A stretch of DNA of 62,161 nucleotides from Candidatus Omnitrophota bacterium. GTDB taxonomy: Bacteria; Omnitrophota; Gorgyraeia; 2-02-FULL-51-18. The first letter of the stretch is position 1. Every line of letters starts with the position of its first letter. The notes below the pieces were generated by a model. The model did not search any database. It saw only the letters and a list, made by a program, of their open reading frames with translations, and had not been told where the DNA came from. Shown here one piece after another: positions 28,099 through 38,774 of the stretch. A program made the translations under genes and the position numbers. Location: assembly GCA_016180585.1 (NCBI GenBank), contig JACPAX010000014.1:1-62161 (forward strand), read 5' to 3'.

Positions 28099-29558
28099 GC
28101 GGGCTTCTCTTTGAAAGGCATTCCCTGAACGAGGCGTCGTGGCTCCCCGATCTCGGGGAACCCGAGGAAAAAACGCTGGCGCTGCTGCCCAAAGACGTCC
28201 TTCGCCAAAAGGGTCCCGAGCTGCCCTCTCTTTCCGAGCTGGACGTCGTGAGACATTTTACCCGTCTTTCCCAAAAAAACTTTTGCGTGGACGTCAATTT
28301 TTATCCGCTCGGGTCCTGCACGATGAAATACAACCCAAAAGCCCTCGACGCCATCGCGGCGATCGACTCATTCTCGCTGATCCATCCTTATCAGGAGGAA
28401 GAGGACGCGCAGGGCGCGCTGAAGGTCCTTTATGAGATGCAGTCTTTTTTGTCCGAGATCACCGGGATGGATGACTTTACGCTCGAGCCGGCCGCCGGCG
28501 CGCACGGCGAACTTTGCGGGCTTCTGATGATCGGCGCGTATCACCGTTCGAAGAAGCAAAAAAGGACGAAGGTCTTGATCCCGGACTCGGCCCACGGCAC
28601 CAATCCCGCGTCGGCCGCGCTCTGCGGGTACGAGGTGGCGCAGATCCGCACCGATGCAAAAGGCCACGTGGATGTCGCGGATTTAAAATCCAAACTGGAC
28701 GGTTCGGTCGCGTGTCTGATGATGACCAACCCCAACACGCTCGGTCTTTTTGAGGAGGAGATTCTCGGTATCGCCCGGTCGGCGCATGAGGCCGGGGCGC
28801 TCGTCTATTACGACGGCGCCAACATGAACGCCCTCCTCGGAATCTGCCGGCCGGGGGACATGGGTTTTGATGTCGTGCATCTGAATCTCCACAAGACCTT
28901 CGCGGTGCCGCACGGGTCCGGCGGGCCGGGCTCCGGCCCCGTCGGCGTAAAAAAAGAGCTCGTCCCGTTTCTGCCGTCGCCGCGGCTTGTCAAAAAAGGC
29001 GACGGCTACCGTTGGGAGAAAAACCTTCCTTGCTCCATCGGAAAACTTCGCGCGTACTACGGCAATTTCGGCGCGATCATCCGCTCCTACGGCTACATCA
29101 AGGCGCTGGGCGGAGAGGGGCTGCGCGCGGCGGCCGAGCACGCGATCTTAAACGCCAATTACCTCAAGGCGCGGCTCAAGGATTCTTTTGAGGTGCCTTA
29201 TGACGGTCTTTGCATGCACGAGTTCGTGATGTCCGCCGCCAGGCAGAAGAAAAAAGGGGTACGAGCGATCGACATCGCCAAGCGTCTTCTGGATTTCGGG
29301 ATTCACGCGCCGACGGTTTATTTTCCGCTGATCGTCGAGGAGGCGATGATGATTGAGCCCACCGAGACCGAATCCAAAGAGACCCTGGATGAGTTTGTCC
29401 GGGCGCTCGAGGCCATCGACAGGGAAATCGAAGAGGACCCCGAAAAAGTATTGGGGGCGCCGCACACGACTCCGGTAAGCCGGATTGACGAGGTCACCGC
29501 CGCGCGACAGCCGAATCTGCGTTATCGTCCCGAAGGGAAGGCCGGCGCGGGTCTTTGA
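28095..29558 (+). CDS. gcvPB: Glycine dehydrogenase (decarboxylating) subunit 2
   Basis: YPLGSCTMKYNPK and HLNLHKTFAVPHGSGGPGSGPVGV (PLP lysine block). Overlaps the gcvPA stop. Confidence 0.92.
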   Translation: MSGLLFERHSLNEASWLPDLGEPEEKTLALLPKDVLRQKGPELPSLSELDVVRHFTRLSQKNFCVDVNFYPLGSCTMKYNPKALDAIAAIDSFSLIHPYQEEEDAQGALKVLYEMQSFLSEITGMDDFTLEPAAGAHGELCGLLMIGAYHRSKKQKRTKVLIPDSAHGTNPASAALCGYEVAQIRTDAKGHVDVADLKSKLDGSVACLMMTNPNTLGLFEEEILGIARSAHEAGALVYYDGANMNALLGICRPGDMGFDVVHLNLHKTFAVPHGSGGPGSGPVGVKKELVPFLPSPRLVKKGDGYRWEKNLPCSIGKLRAYYGNFGAIIRSYGYIKALGGEGLRAAAEHAILNANYLKARLKDSFEVPYDGLCMHEFVMSAARQKKKGVRAIDIAKRLLDFGIHAPTVYFPLIVEEAMMIEPTETESKETLDEFVRALEAIDREIEEDPEKVLGAPHTTPVSRIDEVTAARQPNLRYRPEGKAGAGL

Positions 29559-30283
29559 TGGAGAGCGCGTCTTCCGTTTTCCGCCTGATTATCGATCCGC
29601 CGCGGCCGGCCGCGCTGAACATGGCCATCGACGAGATCCTGATGGATGCGCAGAAAACCCCCGCCGCGTTACCCTCGCTGAGATTTTATTCCTGGTCGTC
29701 TCCGGCGTACTCCCTCGGCTACTTTCAGGACGTCAGAGAGGTCGCCGCGCGTCGTCGCGCCGCGGGGAAAAATATTCCCGTTGTCCGGCGGATCACCGGA
29801 GGCGGGATGGTGCTTCACGGCAAGGACCTCACTTTTTCCCTGACGCTCAAATCCACGGCGCCTTTCCTGCCGAGGGAGGTCAAAGGCTCTTACCTTCGGA
29901 TTAATGAGGCGCTAAGGTCGGGGCTGGCGGAGCTTCTGCCGGAGATTGATTACGCCAGCTGTAAAGACGTTCCCTCGGGAAGGGCCGACGGCGAGCGCGT
30001 GTGTTTTGAGGCGCCAAGTTGTTACGACCTGTTGCTCGGGAGAAAAAAGGTGGTCGGATCCAGCCAGCGTCGTAAAGACGGCGCAGTGCTCCATCAGGCC
30101 TCGCTTTTTTTTGATCTCGACAGAGAAACAATGATTGACCGGATCTCTCGTGGTTTTGAGAAACAATGGGGGATTTTCTTCCGAGAAATTCCTCTAAGCG
30201 ACGAGGAACTGCTCCGGGCGGAGCAGCGCGCGGAAGAACGGTACGCCTCTCCCGAGTGGGCCTATCAACCGCTAACAGTCTGA
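29555..30283 (+). CDS. Lipoate-protein ligase / octanoyltransferase family protein
   Basis: BPL/LplA-LipB-type blocks (LNMAIDEILM, FYSWSSPAYSLGYFQ, VVRRITGGGMVLHG) in gcv operon context. Its stop codon lies inside the following repeat. Confidence 0.8.
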   Translation: MMESASSVFRLIIDPPRPAALNMAIDEILMDAQKTPAALPSLRFYSWSSPAYSLGYFQDVREVAARRRAAGKNIPVVRRITGGGMVLHGKDLTFSLTLKSTAPFLPREVKGSYLRINEALRSGLAELLPEIDYASCKDVPSGRADGERVCFEAPSCYDLLLGRKKVVGSSQRRKDGAVLHQASLFFDLDRETMIDRISRGFEKQWGIFFREIPLSDEELLRAEQRAEERYASPEWAYQPLTV

Positions 30284-30398
30284 TGAAAAAGCCTCATCTG
30301 CTGCGTTGCACGCTGCGCTCCCTTGTGCGGCGCTATTCCCATAGCGCCTCCGCGGTCGCTTGCATGCGCCTTGCATCTGAGGCTTTTTGATCAGACTG
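30276..30398 (+). repeat. ~122-bp nested-palindrome element, full copy (variant arms)
   Basis: CAGTCTGATGAAAAAGCCTCA ... TGAGGCTTTTTGATCAGACTG with the same central GGCGCTATTCCCATAGCGCC. An extra arm fragment lies at ~30408-30424. Confidence 0.9.
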
Positions 30399-30424
30399 TT
30401 TGGGCTGGGTTTTTCGGCAGACTG

Positions 30425-30583
30425 TTAAGGCTTCGTTTGTTTAGCGCGGGCTTTCGCGGCTTCTTTTTTTTGGTAACAATCGGGACAGTTGTAAAGAGGC
30501 TTGGCGAGCGTGCGGTCGTAGTCTTTGTCGACGACGACGCGCCGGACTTCCCGGACTTCTTTGCCGCAGGTGTCGCATTTCAT
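30425..30583 (-). CDS. Small zinc-ribbon protein (52 aa), absent from the supplied ORF track
   Basis: My translation is MKCDTCGKEVREVRRVVVDKDYDRTLAKPLYNCPDCYQKKEAAKARAKQTKP*. It has two CxxC pairs and fits exactly between flanking features. Confidence 0.5.
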   Translation of the reverse strand: MKCDTCGKEVREVRRVVVDKDYDRTLAKPLYNCPDCYQKKEAAKARAKQTKP

Positions 30584-30605
30584 AAGCTAAAGATAGTATA
30601 ACCAT

Positions 30606-31739
30606 ATGAAGGAATGGGTTCAAAGAATTTTTCTTGTCCTCATCTCGATTTTATTTTGTTTTCTCTTTTTGGAATTTATTTTCAAAACTCTTGCCTGGCT
30701 GCAGCCCAGCCAAGCTGGTCCAACGCCGATTGCCGGCCTTCCCTATGAAAATACGCCGGACGCGCGATTTTGGAGATATGACCCGGAAGCGGGTCTGAAT
30801 TATTACGAACATAATTCGTTCGGCATGAGGGGATCCGCAACAACGTTTGAAAAACCGCCGGGAATCTTTCGAATTGCGTTTATCGGCGATTCGGTGGCGC
30901 ACGGAGGCAATGTGTCCCAAGGGCAGACCACGGCGGATTATCTTGGGCTATTTTTGGGTGATAGGCAGGACGGCAGAAAATACGAGGTGTTGAATTTTGG
31001 CGTGGCCAGTTTTGGGTTGAGGGAGTATTCGATACTGCTTGAGAAAAAAGCGTTTTTGTTCTCGCCCGATTTGGTGTTGGTGGGCTTGTGTCTCAACGAC
31101 TACTACATTCGAGGCGCTGAAGATCTCAAGATGGAGGACAAAAATGATCCCAGAGGCCGTCTGAGGGAACGATATGCCAATCTTTTCAAGTCGCATTTCT
31201 TGGAATACTTGCGAGACATAGTCCCGTCTTTGAATCCTCGCTACACGTTTGGCGGGTCAGAAAAGGTTGAAGATCAAGCCACGCGGAAGCTTGGGGCTTT
31301 GAAGGGGATCACGGATGGAAAAAAAAAAGCGCTGCGCGATTTTTCCAGACAAAAGCATCTCCCGCTCGCTTCATTCATGAAGCTTGTGGTCAACTATATC
31401 CCCGAGTATCGGAATCCCGAGGCGTGGATCAAGAATGAGGCATATATCCAATCGATTATCCGTGCCTGCGAAGCGAGAAAAGTTCCGGTTTATTTTTTCG
31501 TTTATCCGTTGAACGAGCAGATCTTCCCCGGTTTTGATGATCCGATGCCTCAGCCTTTCATTCAAAAACTTGTCGAAAGAAACGGTGGCCAATACGTGGA
31601 AGTGCTCCGTAACGTGAAAGATTATCAGCAATCGAATTCGCGCCAAAAACTGTATACGCGTCTTGACCACATGCATCTTTTAAGCGCCGGACATCGTCTG
31701 ATCGCGCGGCTTTTGGCCGAAGCGCTTGAGCGAGGTTAG
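30606..31739 (+). CDS. SGNH/GDSL hydrolase family protein, membrane anchored
   Basis: N-terminal TM helix, block I IAFIGDSVAHGG and block V-like RLDHMHL (DxxH). Confidence 0.65.
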   Translation: MKEWVQRIFLVLISILFCFLFLEFIFKTLAWLQPSQAGPTPIAGLPYENTPDARFWRYDPEAGLNYYEHNSFGMRGSATTFEKPPGIFRIAFIGDSVAHGGNVSQGQTTADYLGLFLGDRQDGRKYEVLNFGVASFGLREYSILLEKKAFLFSPDLVLVGLCLNDYYIRGAEDLKMEDKNDPRGRLRERYANLFKSHFLEYLRDIVPSLNPRYTFGGSEKVEDQATRKLGALKGITDGKKKALRDFSRQKHLPLASFMKLVVNYIPEYRNPEAWIKNEAYIQSIIRACEARKVPVYFFVYPLNEQIFPGFDDPMPQPFIQKLVERNGGQYVEVLRNVKDYQQSNSRQKLYTRLDHMHLLSAGHRLIARLLAEALERG

Positions 31740-31784
31740 AAAGCCATAGAAAAGCTACCAAAAGCCATAAAAGCCATATTTACG

Positions 31785-31813
31785 TTGACTTTGAAATTGC
31801 GGGTGCGTATATT
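31785..31813 (+). promoter_or_regulatory. sigma70-like promoter TTGACT-17-TATATT
   Basis: TTGACT at 31785-31790 and TATATT at 31808-31813 with a 17-nt spacer, preceded by three AAGCCATA repeats. Confidence 0.45.
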
Positions 31814-31869
31814 AAGATTGTGTTGTTGAATTTTGCGTATTTTATTTGGTTTTTGAGCGGAGAGGATTG

Positions 31870-32493
31870 ATGGTTTCCCCACAGCAGCAACCGGGCGGAG
31901 TTCAAAACGGCGTTGCGTCGCTTCAGGACCGTCTGAACACGGGCCAACCGCTTCTTGTCCCCAAGAAAATGTTTTTCACCAAAGGCGTCGGCTCCCACAA
32001 ACACGAGCTGCGCTCGTTTGAGCTGTCGCTTCGTGACGCCGGCATCGAGAAATGCAACATCGTGCACGTCTCGAGCATCTTCCCCCCCAACTGCGAATTG
32101 ATTTCGAGAAATGAGGGCCAAAAGTACATCACTCCGGGGATGATCACGTTCGCGGTGACGGCCCGCACCTCTTCGAGCGAGGCGCGCCGCCTGATCGCGG
32201 CGTCGATCGGCTGCGCGATCCCTTCGGATTCCAGCACTTATGGCTACCTGAGCGAGTATTACGCGTACGGTGAGACGGAGAAAGAGGCCGGGGACACGGC
32301 CGAAGATCTGGCGGCGGCGATGCTGGCCTCCACGCTGGGCATTGAGCTGGATGAGGACAAAAGCTGGGACGAGAAAGAAGAAATTTTCAGAATTTCCGAT
32401 AAAATCGTCAAGACCACCAATGTGACTCAGTCGGCCATCGTGGAAAAGGGGGGTTATACGACTGTCGTCGCGGCCGGCGTCTTTCTTTTTTAA
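31870..32493 (+). CDS. pdaD: Pyruvoyl-dependent arginine decarboxylase
   Basis: [39 protein letters not shown] matches the PdaD self-processing region. ATG 31870 has a GGAGAGGA SD. Confidence 0.85.
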   Translation: MVSPQQQPGGVQNGVASLQDRLNTGQPLLVPKKMFFTKGVGSHKHELRSFELSLRDAGIEKCNIVHVSSIFPPNCELISRNEGQKYITPGMITFAVTARTSSSEARRLIAASIGCAIPSDSSTYGYLSEYYAYGETEKEAGDTAEDLAAAMLASTLGIELDEDKSWDEKEEIFRISDKIVKTTNVTQSAIVEKGGYTTVVAAGVFLF

Positions 32494-32586
32494 GCGTTTT
32501 CCGGCGGGTTAGACCCCCGTTTGTCGCCCTCCCGGCCAGGTCTTTTGGCCTTTGCCGTAATTCTCTTGTGGTTTATAATATTTCTT

Positions 32587-33363
32587 ATGCGGAAACGGGT
32601 AAAAAGGACGCCTCGAAAGATGAAAAAGACGGCCGTCAAAAAAACGGCGTCGAGACGTCCGCGTGCCCGTTTGAAAAAATCCCCCCTGCCCTTCGTCGAT
32701 CCCGCCGGACAAAACGGGCTCAACCCGGAGCCTCCCCGCGCTATTTTTCTCGAACAGCCGGCGGTCTATCCGGGAACAGCCCCGAAGGCCCCGGGGTTTG
32801 AGCTTCCCCCGGATTACGGTGATACAAAAATCGCCTTGTTCGCGAAAGACCCCTGGTGGCTTTATGCCTATTGGGAAGTGGCGGAGCCCGACAAGGCGAG
32901 GGAGGCGATACGCGGTCTTGGACTCGCCGTGCAGAGAACTGTTTTGAGAGTCTATGAGCTCGCGACGGATTCCCGCGCCGCGGAACGGGTTTCGTTTTTC
33001 GACATCCTCGTCGGATCCACGACGGGCGACTGGTTCATCGATGTCGGGCAGCCCGATAAATGCTGGATGACCGAGCTTGGATTCGTGGCCGACAACGGGC
33101 GTTTTTTCGCTTTGGTCGGGTCGGAGGCGGTCCGGACCCCGCGGTTTGGGGTCTCGGACGTCGTGGATGAGGAGTGGTCGTTTTCCAGCGAACTTTTCTG
33201 GAAGATTTATCGCGCGTCCGGCCGGATCGGCGCGGGGGCGAGCTCCTATGACGTCCGCGCGGTCGTCATCGAATCCTGGCAGGAATCGGCCGCGCTCCAA
33301 AAAAAACAGCTTCTCTTGAAAGGCGAAGGCCCTTCGAGTTTTCAAAGTCGCGGATCGGCGTAG
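32587..33363 (+). CDS. DUF4912 domain protein
   Basis: Basic N-terminus, then PPDYGDTKIALFAKDPWWLYAYWEV, the DUF4912 hallmark. It commonly sits next to GH57 genes. Start uncertain (TTG 32521 or ATG 32587). Confidence 0.7.
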   Translation: MRKRVKRTPRKMKKTAVKKTASRRPRARLKKSPLPFVDPAGQNGLNPEPPRAIFLEQPAVYPGTAPKAPGFELPPDYGDTKIALFAKDPWWLYAYWEVAEPDKAREAIRGLGLAVQRTVLRVYELATDSRAAERVSFFDILVGSTTGDWFIDVGQPDKCWMTELGFVADNGRFFALVGSEAVRTPRFGVSDVVDEEWSFSSELFWKIYRASGRIGAGASSYDVRAVVIESWQESAALQKKQLLLKGEGPSSFQSRGSA

Positions 33364-33369
33364 AAGAAC

Positions 33370-34959
33370 ATGCCCAAAGGATATCTCTCGATCATCCTGC
33401 ACGCCCACCTGCCTTATGTCCGTCATCCCGAGCACGCGCGTTTTCTGGAAGAGGAGTGGTTTTACGAGGCTGTCACCGAGACCTACGTCCCCCTGATCAA
33501 GGTCTTCACCGCGCTCGTCAGGGACGGCGTCGATTTCCGGCTGACGATGTCGCTGACGCCGACGCTCCTTTCGATGATGCGCGACCCTCTGCTCCAGTCC
33601 CGCTGCGCGGAGCATCTGGACCGCCTGATCCGGCTCTCGGAGGCGGAGATCGAGCGGACCAGGCATGACGGCGCGTTTCATTGCCTGGCGCGGATGTACC
33701 ACGGGTTCTTTACGGAGGCGCGCGGGATCCTCCGTGATCGCTATCAAAACGATCTGACACGCGCCTTCAAGGAATTTCAGGATGCGGGCAAGCTCGAGAT
33801 TATCACCTGCGCGGCCACGCACGGGTATCTTCCTCTGCTCGCGGTCCAGCGGGAAGCGATCCGGGCCCAGATCCGCGTGGCGGTCGAGACGCATACCCGG
33901 ATCCTCGGAAGAAAACCGAGGGGGATCTGGTTGCCGGAATGCGGCTATATCCCGGGTCTCGACGAAATCCTGCGCGACGAGGGAATCCGTTTTTTTATTT
34001 TGGACACTCACGGGGTTCTTTTCGGTTCGCCGCGGCCCAAGTACGGCGTTTTTGCGCCGGTGCATTGTCCGTCGGGAGTCGCCGCGTTCGGCCGCGACGG
34101 CGAGTCCTCCAAAAACGTCTGGAGTTCGGTCGAAGGCTACCCCGGCGATTATTGGTACAGGGAATTTTACCGGGACATCGGATTTGATCTGGACTATGGG
34201 TACATCCGCCCCTATCTGAACGGGGACGGGACCCGGATCAATACGGGGATCAAGTATTACCGTATCACCGGGCAGGGTGTCCACAAACAGCCTTATGAGG
34301 AGGAGCGCGGCCGGCAAAAGGCGGCCGAGCACGCCGGCAACTTTATGTTTAACCGCCAGAAACAAATCGAGTATCTGGCCGGCTTTTTCGACCGCCCCCC
34401 GCTGGTGGTTTCCCCGTACGACGCCGAGCTTTTCGGACACTGGTGGTTTGAGGGGCCGCTCTGGCTTGAGTTTTTGCTGCGAAAGATCCATTTCGACCAG
34501 GACACTTTGAAGACGATCACGCCCGCCGAATATTTGGAAAAATTTCCATGGAACCAGACCGTCACGCCTTCGATGTCGAGTTGGGGGTATGAGGGATATT
34601 CCGAGGTCTGGCTCAACCCATCCAACCACTGGATTTACCGCCATCTCCACAAGGCCGCCGAGCGGATGATCGGGGCGGCCAACGCGCATCCGGAGGCGGA
34701 AGGAATTCAGAGGAGGGCGCTCAACCAGATGGCGCGGGAGCTCTTGCTCGCCCAGTCCAGCGACTGGGCCTTTATCATGAAGACCGGCACTCACACGTCC
34801 TACGCGGTCAAGCGCACCAAAGACCATCTGGAGCGGTTTGGCCGGCTGTGGGATCAAATCGGCAAAAATTCTATAGACAGCTCCGCTCTCGAAAGCATAG
34901 AATCGGGGGATAATATTTTTCCCGAAATCGACTACAGGGTGTACGCGTCGTTATCGTAA
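33370..34959 (+). CDS. GH57 family 1,4-alpha-glucan branching enzyme
   Basis: MPKGYLSIILHAHLPYVRHPE, ITCAATHGYLPLL, WLPECGY and SPYDAELFGHWWFEGP blocks. Confidence 0.9.
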   Translation: MPKGYLSIILHAHLPYVRHPEHARFLEEEWFYEAVTETYVPLIKVFTALVRDGVDFRLTMSLTPTLLSMMRDPLLQSRCAEHLDRLIRLSEAEIERTRHDGAFHCLARMYHGFFTEARGILRDRYQNDLTRAFKEFQDAGKLEIITCAATHGYLPLLAVQREAIRAQIRVAVETHTRILGRKPRGIWLPECGYIPGLDEILRDEGIRFFILDTHGVLFGSPRPKYGVFAPVHCPSGVAAFGRDGESSKNVWSSVEGYPGDYWYREFYRDIGFDLDYGYIRPYLNGDGTRINTGIKYYRITGQGVHKQPYEEERGRQKAAEHAGNFMFNRQKQIEYLAGFFDRPPLVVSPYDAELFGHWWFEGPLWLEFLLRKIHFDQDTLKTITPAEYLEKFPWNQTVTPSMSSWGYEGYSEVWLNPSNHWIYRHLHKAAERMIGAANAHPEAEGIQRRALNQMARELLLAQSSDWAFIMKTGTHTSYAVKRTKDHLERFGRLWDQIGKNSIDSSALESIESGDNIFPEIDYRVYASLS

Positions 34960-34988
34960 AAATCTTAAAACAAGGAGGGTTCTTCAAG

Positions 34989-35303
34989 ATGTCTAGAAAT
35001 GTCTGGGGATGGCTTCTCGTGGCAGGCGCTTTGACGGCCGCCGGTTGCGCGACGGGCAGGGATTATCAGGCGGATATCGACGCGTTGAATTCGAAGGTGA
35101 CCGCGCTCCAGGGGTTGATTTCCCAGAAGGACGAGGAGATCGAGAAACTCAAGAACGAGACCAGGGAAGAATCCGCCGCCCGGATGCAGGCGGAGAATGA
35201 GCGTCGCCGGTTATCCGAAAAACTGGGCGCGGCGCTCGCCGAGCTCGAAGAGAGAAACAGGCCCGCCTCAAGGCCACAGATCCCGGATTCCGATCTCAAG
35301 TAA
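34989..35303 (+). CDS. Small coiled-coil lipoprotein (putative)
   Basis: Signal peptide ending in the lipobox-like LTAAGC, then a heptad-like charged helix. Confidence 0.55.
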   Translation: MSRNVWGWLLVAGALTAAGCATGRDYQADIDALNSKVTALQGLISQKDEEIEKLKNETREESAARMQAENERRRLSEKLGAALAELEERNRPASRPQIPDSDLK

Positions 35304-35325
35304 TGTTCCTTCCGCGCCGGCCGCT

Positions 35326-36726
<1,401 letters not shown>

Positions 36727-36796
36727 GCGGGCGTTGATTTTAAAAAGCAATGATGGCAGAATAAAGCGCTAAAAGAAAGGCAAAAGGACCGGGCAA

Positions 36797-37936
36797 ATGG
36801 TCGAACAAAGCGTGTTTTCAAAAGGGCTCGAGGACATCGTCGCGGCGGAAAGCTCCATCTGCTCGATTGACGGCAAGAATTCCAAGCTTTTGTACCGTGG
36901 GTATGAGATCCACGATCTGGTCGAGAATTCCAATTTTGAAGAAACGACGTACCTGCTTCTCTTTGGCGAGCTGCCGAAAGCGGATGAGCTGGCGGATTTC
37001 AAGAGAAAAGTCGCCGCGGAGAGAGAGCTTCCGCGCGGCGTGCTGGATCTGATCCGGTTGGCGCCCAAAGAGGCCAACCCGATGACCGTGCTCCGCACGG
37101 CGGTGTCCTGCCTGGCCTTGTTCGATCCCGAGGCGGATGACAAGTCTCCCGAGGCCAATGTGCGCAAGGCGTTTCGCCTGATCGCCAAGGTCCCGCTCAT
37201 CGTCGCCGCCTTTGAGAGGGTCCGGAAGGGGTGGGAAATCCTCCCCGCCAAACAAGAGGCCTCGGTCTCGACCGCCGAGAATTTCCTTTATCTGCTGAAG
37301 GGAAAAGAGGCCGCGCCCCTGGAGAGTCGGATGCTCGACCGCTACTTTATTCTTCTCACCGAGCACGACCTCAACGCGTCCACTTTTGCGGCGCGGACCG
37401 CCGCCTCCACGCTCTCCGACATCTACTCGGCGATGACGGCCGCGATCGGCACGCTGAAAGGCGATCTCCACGGATCGGCGAATACGCGCACGATGGAGAG
37501 CCTTCTGGCGATCGGGGATGCGCGCAACGTCGAGAAATTCGTCGAAGAGGCCATCGGGCAGAAGAAAAAATTCATGGGCTTCGGCCACCGGGTTTACAAG
37601 GGACCCGATCCTCGCGCGCATGATCTCAAGCGGATGTCCAAGGCCCTCGCCGACGCCTTTCCCGCGCAGGCGAAGTGGTACGCCATCTCGGAAAAGCTTG
37701 AGCAGGCCGTCTGGGAGAAGAAAAAACTGAACTGCAACGTCGATTTTTATTCCGCGTCGGTTCTCTACACCGTCGGCATCCCCACCGACCTTTTTACGCC
37801 GATGTTCGCCGTGAGCCGGACCGCCGGGTGGGCGGCCCATATTCTCGAGCAGTACAAGGACAACCGGTTGATACGCCCGGTCTCCCAGTATACCGGCGCG
37901 CCCCAGCGGCCTTACCTGCCCATCGGAAAGCGCTAA
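36797..37936 (+). CDS. gltA: Citrate synthase
   Basis: GFGHRVYKGPDPRA signature, TEHDLNASTFAART and the C-terminal RPVSQYTG. Confidence 0.92.
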   Translation: MVEQSVFSKGLEDIVAAESSICSIDGKNSKLLYRGYEIHDLVENSNFEETTYLLLFGELPKADELADFKRKVAAERELPRGVLDLIRLAPKEANPMTVLRTAVSCLALFDPEADDKSPEANVRKAFRLIAKVPLIVAAFERVRKGWEILPAKQEASVSTAENFLYLLKGKEAAPLESRMLDRYFILLTEHDLNASTFAARTAASTLSDIYSAMTAAIGTLKGDLHGSANTRTMESLLAIGDARNVEKFVEEAIGQKKKFMGFGHRVYKGPDPRAHDLKRMSKALADAFPAQAKWYAISEKLEQAVWEKKKLNCNVDFYSASVLYTVGIPTDLFTPMFAVSRTAGWAAHILEQYKDNRLIRPVSQYTGAPQRPYLPIGKR

Positions 37937-38021
37937 GCATATATTTTAAAATAGTTTCAAGCGGAAGCGGCGGTCCGCCAAACATCGCGTCGGACTCGCT
38001 GCAAGATGATATAAAGAATCA

Positions 38022-38103
38022 GCGGAAGTGGCGGAATTGGCATACGCGCAGGTCTCAGAAGCCTGTGCCGCAAGGCTTGAGGGTTCGACTCCCTCCTTCC
38101 GCA
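38022..38103 (+). tRNA. tRNA-Leu (anticodon CAG), long variable arm
   Basis: Hand-folded. Acceptor GCGGAAG/CTTCCGC+A; anticodon stem CAGGT/GCCTG with loop CTCAGAA; variable arm GCC-GCAA-GGC; T arm GAGGG-TTCGACT-CCCTC. CCA is not encoded. Confidence 0.9.
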
Positions 38104-38109
38104 TATTTA

Positions 38110-38745
38110 TTATTTCTTCTCTTCGAGTCCGAGATAGGGCTCCAGCGCCGCCCAAGTGCCGAGCCCTACTTTTCCGTCCACCTCCAGGCCGCGTGAAGCC
38201 TGAAACGTTCGGATGGCCGCAAGCGTGGCCGGCCCGATTTTTCCGTCGACGCGTCCCGTGTAGAGTCCCGCGTTTTTGAGGGCGGTCTGGATTTTTTCTG
38301 CGCCCACCGCCGCTCGGGAAGGCGCGGGCGCGGCTACCTCCTCATCCGGGATCGCCGCCGGAGCGCTGTCGGGGTCCCTGATTCTCTGAATTCCAAGAAA
38401 GGCCGTTTCGTTGGAGGGGTTGATGTCGAGCGCGTTGAGAAAGGCATTTTCGGCCCGGCCCAAATCCCCGAGGATCATGTAAGCGTGTCCCATGTTGGAA
38501 TAGGCGATATCGTCGTCGGGTTCAAGGAGAATGATCTCGGAATAGGTCTCGACGGCGCTGCGGAACCGGTTGAGGACGATGAACTCCTCCGCCTGCTTGT
38601 GAAGCCGGCTGAGGGTCTCGATCTTTGTTTGGTCTGCGGAGGTCCAGCTTCCGTCCGGGGACGGAGCTTCTTCCGCCGCCGGGGAAGCGGAGGGCAGGAC
38701 GGCGATCGCCAGAAAAACAAAAAGAAGAATGGGCGCCGGTTTCAT
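38110..38745 (-). CDS. Secreted TPR protein with C-terminal peptidoglycan-binding domain
   Basis: Signal peptide, TPR-like AYSNMGHAYMILGDLGRAENAF, and a PG_binding_1-like IQTALKNAGLYTGRVDGKIGPATLAAIRTFQ. Confidence 0.75.
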   Translation of the reverse strand: MKPAPILLFVFLAIAVLPSASPAAEEAPSPDGSWTSADQTKIETLSRLHKQAEEFIVLNRFRSAVETYSEIILLEPDDDIAYSNMGHAYMILGDLGRAENAFLNALDINPSNETAFLGIQRIRDPDSAPAAIPDEEVAAPAPSRAAVGAEKIQTALKNAGLYTGRVDGKIGPATLAAIRTFQASRGLEVDGKVGLGTWAALEPYLGLEEKK

Positions 38746-38774
38746 AAGTCGAAGGCTTGTGCTATATTAGCACC

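Noticed and set aside
32509-34857. 782-aa minus-strand ORF opposite the DUF4912 and GH57 genes
   Set aside because: It is antisense to two well-supported genes, has a low-complexity Arg/Pro-rich product and spans an intergenic gap.
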